From Eledone cirrhosa (lineage: Eukaryota), in the NCBI GenBank assembly GCA_964016885.1, contig OZ024761.1, forward strand, positions 17,484,001 to 17,548,000: 64,000 nucleotides of DNA, written 5' to 3'. Each line of letters opens with the position of its first letter. The first letter of the stretch is position 1. The notes beneath the pieces were generated by a model. It saw only the letters and a list, made by a program, of their open reading frames with translations. It did not search any database and was not told the DNA's origin. The position numbers and the translations under genes were made by a program. Of the stretch, positions 55,462 through 64,000 are shown piece by piece.

Positions 55462-56580
55462 CTGCAAAGATAAAGAAAACAATATACATACACACACACA
55501 TATATAATAAAGAGTTAGGACCCAACAGCAAGAGCTCAGCCATCGGGTCCTGACTCTTTATAATATAACCATATTCTACTAGCCCAAGTATTGAGTACTC
55601 AGTTAAATAATCGTCTAATCAGTTTCAAACTGAATCCATCCTGATTTATATATATATATAAGTAAAGATAAAGAGTTAAAAAGTAGCAAAAAATGGAAGG
55701 TGAAAAATTAATGAGGGGTGTATCTCAACATGTAGAGAGCTCAGGGTGAACATCAGCCAACCTAGAAATCTCAACATCCCCAGAAAGGAGGGCCTACAGT
55801 GGTTATGGTGATTGCTCATCCCCCTTGCCCAGACTAAACTTGTGACAAAGAAAGCAGTAACAACGCCATCACCATCACCACGTAGTTAAGCGAACTTCTT
55901 AACTACACAGCCAAGCCTGCATATGATCCAGAAATATAACTTGGTTACAATTTGGTGAAAGACTGGATGCTACAATATTGGCGATTCAATGGAAATATTA
56001 TAGGGTTTGTGAGGAGTCTTAAGTCTGAGGATCAGCGGCAAAGTTCATAGGCTGACCAAGATACTCTCATGGAATGGCCAAATGAAGTTTATTTTTTAAC
56101 ATAGTCCCTGGTAAGAAACAATGCAGTTATTAATAAGAAGAGTTGAAATTAACACATGCAAGATTTCACAGCTCTAGTATCACTCCTTTATAGTCAGCCT
56201 ATGAACTTTTCAGCAAACACTGGTAGATGAACATGTTCTAGTAATGGTGCCTCGATAAAATGGATTTAGTGCACCCTGTGAAGTGTTAGAGTAGGTGGAG
56301 CCATGGTAAAATGTGCCCAGTACACTCTGTAAAGTGGAAGTGCTGGTGTACACTCTGCAAGGTGGTTGGCGTCAGGAAGGGCATTCAGGTATAGAAACCA
56401 CCGTCTGGTCTCGGACAGTGACAACCTGTCCAAACCAAGCAAGCATGGAAGGCAAATTTAAATTGATGATGATGATGATAATGAGATGACATCTAATATT
56501 ACTTATTCACTTTGTAAAACAACAGGTGATGCTGTAACAACAACAACAACACTTAATATATTAATGTGATGACCACATAC

Positions 56581-56682
56581 CTTGGCACAGAGTTGTGTAT
56601 TTCATATTTCTTGCCAAATGTCCGTCGGTCAACACTATTATCTATGCTGTTCCATTTAATTTTGATTGCTTCCGTCAATGTC
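56581..56682 (-). CDS. NUDT9: NUDT9 exon (TLTEAIKIKWNSIDNSVDRRTFGKKYEIHNSVP)
   Basis: TTTGACAG| and AG|GTATGT sites, phase 2/2; aligns with NUDT9 KFNEKDGHVERKS..YEI.NG.PR. Confidence 0.9.
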
Positions 56683-56729
56683 CTGTCAAAGACAAAATTG
56701 GGTAGGAAATCATTGCTTTTATTTATAGC

Positions 56730-57120
56730 TTCATGGTTGGGTTGTTCCATCTGGTGAGAGGTGGGGGTGGATGGTAGGATGGTGGGAGATGCTGCAGTGG
56801 CAAGCTGGAAATTATTGCTTTATATATTATAGTTCCATGGTTGGGTTGTTCCATCTGGTGGGGGGTGGATGGTGGGAGATGCTGGTGTGGCAAGCTGGAA
56901 ATGATTGCTTTATATATTATAGTTCCATGGTTGGGTTGTTCCATCTGGTGGGGGGTGGATGGTGGGAGATGCTGGTGTGGCAAGCTGGAAATGATTGCTT
57001 TATATATTATAGTTCCATGGTTGGGTTGTTCCATCTGGTGAGAAGTGGGGGTGGATGGTAGGATGGTGGGAGATGCTGGTGTGGCAAACCTGAAATTGTT
57101 GCTTCATTTATAGCTCCATG
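56730..57120. repeat. About 90-bp intronic minisatellite, about 4 copies
   Basis: CCATGGTTGGGTTGTTCCATCTGGTG... at 56835, 56925, 57015. Confidence 0.9.
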
Positions 57121-57496
57121 CTTTCATGGTTGAGCTGTTTCGCAGGTGGTGGTTGTCGGGAGGAGAGGAGGTGTGAAGTAGGGGTGCATGGCTGGACAGT
57201 AGGAGGAGTTAGTATGACAAACTGGTTAAACAACCTCATCAGTACATATACACAAAAATATATAGATACATACACCTATATATGCAGAGAAAAAGAAAAT
57301 TACATTGAGTGTTTCTGTCTGTGTGTGTCTGTCTGTGTGTGTATATTCTTTCTTAAGCACAAGTTAGAAGAAAGAGGGGGGGAGTATATATATTATATAG
57401 CCCATGTAACAATGGAGAAGCAGACTTAAAATGATGATGCTCTCCCAACACATACATTATTGCATGCTGGTATGGATAGGACAGGTGTATTTGTAG

Positions 57497-57542
<46 letters not shown>

Positions 57543-59008
57543 TGGATTGGCAGTATTGGTAGAGGGTCGGACGCCATCTTTCTAGCATAGTTACGTCCCT
57601 TTACAGTCTGAGTTCAAATCCCGCCGAGGTTAACTTTGCCTTTCATCCTTACGGGGTCGATAAAATAAAGTACCAGTAATGTACTGGGTAATTGCTGGCC
57701 TTGTGCCTAAAGTAGAAACAATTATATATATAGGAATAGTCAGGACCCTGACGGCTGAGCTCCAGCTGTTGTGGTCCTGACTCTTCCTATTACCCACTCT
57801 ACTACCCTAAATATCCAATACTTTGGTGTGTTATGGTCCACCTGGCTTCTTACCACACTTTCTTTGTTATATATGTATATATATGTATATATATATGTTG
57901 GTACCACAACATCCAGCCCGAAACAAATGAGGTCGTGTAGGTGTCACGACAAAAAAAAACACACAGTCCACGCTGTAATGTGGCCGTGTAGGTAACAGTA
58001 AAAACCTCCCAGTCCACACTGTAAACGTGGTTGGTGTTAGGAAGGGCATCCAGCCGTAGAAAACCCGCCAGGCAGTCCTATACGAGCAGGACAACCAATC
58101 TTGCCTCAAGTGGGAAAACTCCTGTCCAAACCCATGCAAGCGTGGAAGATGGACGTTAAACGATGATGATGATGATGATTGCATATATATATATACACAG
58201 ACTCTATCAATCCAAGTTTAGATCAGTCAACAAGCAGGGACATGACAGAACTATTTGCATACAACAGTGTGATAGATAAGCATATATATATACATATAAT
58301 ATATGTCTGTTTTCCCTAGTAAGGATATATATGTATACGTATCATCATTTCATTTTACGTCCGCTTTTTCCCTGCTTGCAAGGGTGGGACGGGAACTGAT
58401 TTTGGCTTGATTTCTACAGCTGGATGCCCTTCCTAACACCAACCTCATTTACAGTGAGTGCTGGGTGCTTTTTTGCCGTGGCACCTCCACGACCACTTTG
58501 CAGTGGAATGATAGGGACCCCAGTCCCTATCATCTCATTTCTACAGCTGAGTAAACTGGAGCAATGTGAAATAAAGTGTCTTGCTCAAGGAAACAACACA
58601 TCACCCGGTCTGAGAATTGAACTCACAACCTTTCGATTGCAAGGCCAATGCTCTAACCACTAAGCCATGTGCCTCCATATATATATATACACACATCTGT
58701 TTTCCCTGGTGGTATATGTACATCTACATATATCTATGTATATATTTAAGAAAAATTACAAAGAGGGGACAAAACAATGAACGAAAAACAATTTTTTAAG
58801 GGCAAACCATAAAAAATTATTTTTTGTAAATCAAAATACAAACAAAGAACACAGAACTCCTGGGTCATCGGCCATTGAGGTGGGCTTCGGCAGTTTTGAC
58901 CCTTACCACCAAAATAATACAACCTTGAACAAAACAAGCCCAAACAAACACATTAAAAAAAAAGCATCACAATACCACATGAAACCCATGGTCATGGCTA
59001 TTATTTAC

Positions 59009-59268
59009 CTGATGTCCGGATCAGCCCAGGAGGGCTGCTGTAAGACCGACTCAGCAGTGTAGTCAAAAGGCTGGTAATCCTTGTATTCTATGTCCCAGCT
59101 GACTTTGTCATCGGGGACGTCAAATCTGTAGATGTCTTTGGTTCGAGGGTAGAGACCTCCGCGACAGTTCGTGTGCATTTTTATAGAGATCTTGTAGCTG
59201 ACACGCGATGCCTTGAGCAGTCTCGACGAATTGATTCCCATGAAAACTGGGATGGTGGAAGATGAGAT
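59009..59268 (-). CDS. NUDT9: NUDT9 exon (ISSSTIPVFMGINSSRLLK...MHTNCRGGLYPRTKDIYRFDVPDDKVSW...PSWADPDI)
   Basis: H..CR...YP....RF.VPDDKV.W...Y..Y.P..YTA..VL..P.WADP motif; ATACAG| and AG|GTAAAT sites. Confidence 0.92.
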
Positions 59269-59799
59269 CTGTATGGTGGTAGGAGTTGGTTTGTGGTAGG
59301 AGTGATGATGGGAGGGGGGGGGGTATAGTGGAGGTGGGAGTGAAGTTGGCGGATGTGGGTGTTGTAGTGGATGGGGATGGTGGTGAAGAGGAGGAGGTGG
59401 GAAGAAGGAGAAAAAGAAAAAATATATAAATATATAATAGAGAAGAGACAAACAGAAACACACACACAGAGTCTGAGAGAAAGTGAGAAACAAATGCATA
59501 CATACACTAAGAAATACACATATGGGAAGATAAAGATTAGCATAAACACACACACAGACACACATATATGGATATACACATGCACCAATCTACACAAATG
59601 CTCATATAAACAGAAACACACACAAATACATACACACTGGCACTTTATTTTATCAAGGGTGAAAGGCAAAGTTGACCTCTGCAAAGAGCCATAATATAGT
59701 GGTCAGAAACTCGCTGGAGAGCTGGACAGCAGAAGGTCTTCAGAGAAGAACCCCCCACACCCCCGCTTAAGCGAGTGTTTCAGCCCTTAGATATATATA

Positions 59800-60075
59800 T
59801 ATGAGTCCCAGGTTCAATCGAAGGTAACCATAGTAAGTAAGGTACTCAATATATTAGGAGAGTGTAAACATAATGTTTAATATAGAAATGTTTTCTACAG
59901 AACTAGAACTGTTTCATTCAAAAGAAATCATTAGGAAAGTGCTTCCCTAATGATTTCTTTTGAATGAAACAGTTCTAGTCCTGTAGAATCTCATCTATAT
60001 TAAAACTTTTATACTCTGCTATGTATTGAGTACCTTACTTACTGTGGTTACCTCCGATTCAACCCGGAATAACGT
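59800..60075. mobile_element. Head-to-head palindromic element with tail module at both ends
   Basis: 59880-59938 mirrors 59943-60000; tail GTATTGAGTACCTTACTTACTGTGGTTA at 60023-60050 and its reverse complement at about 59825-59852; same tail at 41741-41770. Confidence 0.6.
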
Positions 60076-60140
60076 ATATATATATATATATATATATTTG
60101 GCCATAACATATATATATATGTATTTGGCCATAACATATA

Positions 60141-60188
<48 letters not shown>

Positions 60189-60374
60189 GTAACACGGTAA
60201 AAACCTCCCAGTTCCACACTGTAAATGTGGTTGGTGTTAGGAAGGGCATCCAGCCATAGAAAACCCGCCAGGCAGTCCTATACGAGCAGGACAACCACTC
60301 TTGCCTCAAGTGGGAAAACTCCCGTCCAAACCCATGCAAGCGTGGAATATGGACGTTAAACGATGATGATGATG

Positions 60375-60394
60375 ATATTTGGCCATAACATATA

Positions 60395-60433
<39 letters not shown>

Positions 60434-60975
60434 GGCCATAATATATATATTTATATATATATATTCGGCCATAATATATATATTCGGCCATAACATATAT
60501 ATTTATATATATATATTCGGCCATAATATATATATTTATATATATATATTCGGCCATAACATATATATTTATATATATATATTCGGCCATAACATATATA
60601 TTTATATATATATATATATTCGGCCATAACATATATATTTATATATATATATATATTCGGCCATAACATATATATTTATATATATATATATATATTCGGC
60701 CATAACATATATATTTATATATATATATATTCGGCCATAACATATATATTTATATATATATATATATTCGGCCATAACATATATATTTATATATATATAT
60801 ATATATATATTCGGCCATAACATATATATTTATATATATATATATTCGGCCATAACATATATATTTATATATATATATATATTCGGCCATAACATATATA
60901 TTTATATATATATATATATATATATTCAGCCATAACATATATATTTATATATATATATTCGGCCATAACATATAT
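60375..60975. repeat. (AT)n-TCGGCCATAAC minisatellite
   Basis: About 16 copies, directly visible. Confidence 0.9.
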
Positions 60976-61046
60976 ATATATAGCATGAGAAAGATTACAA
61001 ATTTCAAAGAAAAATAATATAAAAAAACAAGCACAGGTGTTCTTAC

Positions 61047-61237
61047 CGGGAAAAGTTTGTCAGCAGGTGCTGATGATGCGGAAAAGGAGGAGGATGAAGC
61101 TGTCCCCACAGTGTGGGGTAATGTCCTGGTGATTGGTGTGTAGGAGATGAAGAGGATGATGATGGAACCGGTGATGAGGAGGAAGACCAACAGTGACAGT
61201 TGTGAGGTCTTGTTGTTAGATATTACATCAGTAGCTT
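61047..61237 (-). CDS. NUDT9: Probable upstream NUDT9 exon encoding a hydrophobic segment and Ser-rich linker (no in-frame ATG; start lies upstream)
   Basis: Strong acceptor GTCTTTTTTTCAG| and donor CCG|GTAAGA; open frame in phase with the 59268 exon. Could instead be a 5'UTR exon. Confidence 0.6.
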
Positions 61238-61377
61238 CTGAAAAAAAGACAAAGAGACAGACATACAGATATATATAAATACAACTATAATCATCATCAT
61301 CGTTATCATTTAATGTCTGTTTTCCCAGCTAGTGAGAGTTGGATGTGTTGTCACATACTGAGATAGTTTTGTGATGG

Positions 61378-62425
61378 CGACACGACAAAAAGCACCCAAC
61401 ACTCACTATAAAGTGGTCGTGTAGGTGTCACGACAAAAAGCACCCAACACTCACTGTAATGTGGTCGTGTAGGTGTCACGACAAAAAGCACCCAACACTC
61501 ACTGTAATGTGGTCGTGTAGATGTCACGACAAAAAGCACCCAACACTCACTGTAAAGTGGTCGTGTAGGTGTCACGACAAAAAGCACCCAGCACTCACTA
61601 TAAAGTGGTCGTGTAGGTGTCACGACAAAAAGCACCCAGCACTCACTGTAAAGTGGTCGTGTAGGTGTCACGACAAAAAGCACCCAGCACTCACTGTAAA
61701 GTGGTCGTGTAGGTGTCACGACAAAAAGCACCCAGCACTCACTGTAAAGTGGTCGTGTAGGTGTCACGACAAAAAGCACCCAGCACTCACTGTAAAGTGG
61801 TCGTGTAGGTGTCACGACAAAAAGCACCCAGCACTCACTGTAAAGTGGTCGTGTAGGTGTCACGACAAAAAGCACCCAACACTCACTGTAATGGGGTCGT
61901 GTAGGTGTCACGACAAAAAGCACCCAACACTCACTGTAAAGTGGTCGTGTAGATGTCACGACAAAAAGCACCCAACACTCACTGTAAAGTGGTCGTGTAG
62001 GTGTCACGACAAAAAGCACCCAGCACTCACTATAAAGTGGTCGTGTAGATGTCACGACAAAAAGCACCCAACACTCACTATAAAGTGGTCGTGTAGATGT
62101 CACGACAAAAAGCACCCACCACTCACTGTAAAGTGGTCGTGTAGGTGTCACGACAAAAAGCACCCAGCACTCACTGTAAAGTGGTCGTGTAGGTGTCATG
62201 ACGAAAAGCACCCAGCCCACAGTGTAAGGTGGTCCTGTAGGTGTCACAACAAAAATCACCCAGCACTCACTGTAAATGTGGTTGGCATTAAAAAGGGTAT
62301 CCAGCCATAGAAATCAAGCCAGAAACAGTTCTGTGTGAGCAAGACATGGCCACCGTATCCAACTTGTTTTAAACGGGACAACCCGTCTAGTTTATACTAG
62401 CTTGGAGCAATAGACATTAAACGTT
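61378..62425. repeat. 48-bp minisatellite (about 18 copies) ending in a SINE 3' tail
   Basis: GTCACGACAAAAAGCACCCAGCACTCACTGTAAAGTGGTCGTGTAGGT repeated, then AAGGGTATCCAGCCATAGAAA...GACATTAAACG. Confidence 0.95.
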
Positions 62426-62433
62426 GGTGAATA

Positions 62434-62469
<36 letters not shown>

Positions 62470-62935
62470 CAAATTGATTCTGCTTATTACATCACTTTCA
62501 AACCACCAAACCACTTAACATTAAATGTATGTAATGAAACAAGTTAATTACATGTACAAATAATATAAAATTTGGGTTAATTACTAAAGATATCTTTCCA
62601 CTTTTAAGCAAAAAAAAAAACGAAAACTGAAAAAATGTAACAAGTATATTTGTATTTGTTCTTTTATTCTTTTATTGGTTTCAGTCATCGGACTGAGGCC
62701 ATGCTGGGGCACCACTTATAAAGGTTTTTTTTTTTTTTAGTTGATATTATTGACTTAAGATATTTTCTCACTTTTGAGCCTCCCCCACCACATTGGAAAC
62801 TATAAAATGATGATGATGAATATATATATATTATGCCCGAAACGTCGTTCTCCACCACCACCCCACTCTCAAGAGCGTGAAATTAATAAACATTCGTTGT
62901 ACTGCCTCTCTGTTTTGTTCCTGTTCAAATTTTCC

Positions 62936-62979
<44 letters not shown>

Positions 62980-63092
62980 AAAAGAGTCAGGGCCCCGACA
63001 GCTAGTTCTAAACGCGTTTGGTCCACCTGCTGCCTTACCACACTTCCTTCGTTATATATATATGTATATATATATATGTATATATATATATG

Positions 63093-63126
<34 letters not shown>

Positions 63127-63277
63127 CATATACATCCAGCTGTAGAAATCAAGCCAGATCAGTTCCTGTATGAGCAAGGCATGGTCAGCCGACCAGACAC
63201 TGCCCACAACAGGACAACCCGTCTAACCCATGCTAGCGTGGAAGAACGGACGTAAAACGGTGATGATGATATATACG

Positions 63278-63312
<35 letters not shown>

Positions 63313-63313
63313 G

Positions 63314-63348
<35 letters not shown>

Positions 63349-63349
63349 G

Positions 63350-63384
<35 letters not shown>

Positions 63385-63385
63385 G

Positions 63386-63419
<34 letters not shown>

Positions 63420-63578
63420 TACGTATATATATATATATATATATATATATACGTATATATATATATATATATATATATATACGTATATATATATATATAT
63501 GTATATATATATACACATATGTATATATATATATGTATATGTATATATATATGTATATATATATACACATATGTATAT

Positions 63579-63625
<47 letters not shown>

Positions 63626-63641
63626 TATATATACACATACG

Positions 63642-63687
<46 letters not shown>

Positions 63688-63727
63688 CGTATATATGTAT
63701 ATATATATATATATATACACATACGTA

Positions 63728-63765
<38 letters not shown>

Positions 63766-63794
63766 CATATATATACACATATATATACACATAC

Positions 63795-63825
<31 letters not shown>

Positions 63826-63924
63826 CACATATATATATATACACATACATATATATACACATATATATACACATACATATATATACACATACACATACAT
63901 ATATAATTAACAACACAATATAAT

Positions 63925-63998
63925 TATTCCATTACCCAAGGTTTCACAAAATTAGACAATTCTAACAGAAACGTCTAGTTCGTTCTTCAGATGAAATA
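63925..63998 (-). ncRNA. Type I hammerhead ribozyme
   Basis: Stem I TATTTCAT/ATGGAATA; core CTGAAGA; long stem II ACGAACTAGAC/GTCTAATTTTGT; GAAA-CC-TTG-GG-TA; cleavage triplet GUA. Confidence 0.78.
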
Positions 63999-64000
63999 TC

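Noticed and set aside
56723-57034. Repeated MEQPNH... peptide as extra NUDT9 exons
   Set aside because: The CAG|ATGG acceptor at 56750 gives a stop (WNNPTMKL*) in the required phase; 90-bp intronic minisatellite.
59943-60000. Active hammerhead in the 59.9-kb palindrome (also 51075-51120 and 4166-4195)
   Set aside because: Core is CTAATGA or CTAAGGA (G5 lost) and stems I and III cannot be formed convincingly; counted only as decayed remnants.
51966-61237. TRPM2 channel C-terminus (NUDT9-H domain)
   Set aside because: The upstream exon is not TRPM-like (no coiled coil or TRP box) and the domain closely follows stand-alone NUDT9; cannot be fully excluded without upstream sequence.
61351-62310. 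302-aa and 283-aa ORFs
   Set aside because: A 48-bp unit (multiple of 3) keeps frames open on both strands; SINE-derived minisatellite in a NUDT9 intron or upstream region.
63930-64000. Upstream NUDT9 exon ending at donor TGG|GTAAT (63936/63935)
   Set aside because: Required frame contains a stop, and the sequence is better explained as a hammerhead fold.

Overview
Repeat-dense, AT-rich animal genomic DNA. The (TA)n-rich introns, tRNA-derived SINEs and RTE LINE remnants suggest an octopod cephalopod (inference). Nearly all ORFs in the supplied track are microsatellite or minisatellite artefacts. Three spliced genes were reconstructed by hand, all on the minus strand with phase-consistent GT-AG introns: NUDT9 (ADP-ribose pyrophosphatase, 61237-51966, 5' end not found), TMEM134 (complete CDS in 7 exons, 29688-18717) and the 5' part of an LRRC71-like ciliary gene (X-box promoter near 10.4 kb, coding exons at 5.8 and 2.8 kb). 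The most interesting signal is non-coding. A set of short palindromic elements sits in (TA)n runs. Several fold into complete minimal type I hammerhead ribozymes (4.3/4.8, 40.7, 43.3, 49.95 and 63.95 kb), and many end in a shared TACTC...GAGT(A/G)C tail, most consistent with Penelope-like retroelement or retrozyme remnants from several families. Other observations: satellites seeded from an internal ~48-bp SINE module, a minisatellite that multiplies a 3' splice site, a putative membrane-anchored NUDT9 N-terminus, and nested DNA transposons.
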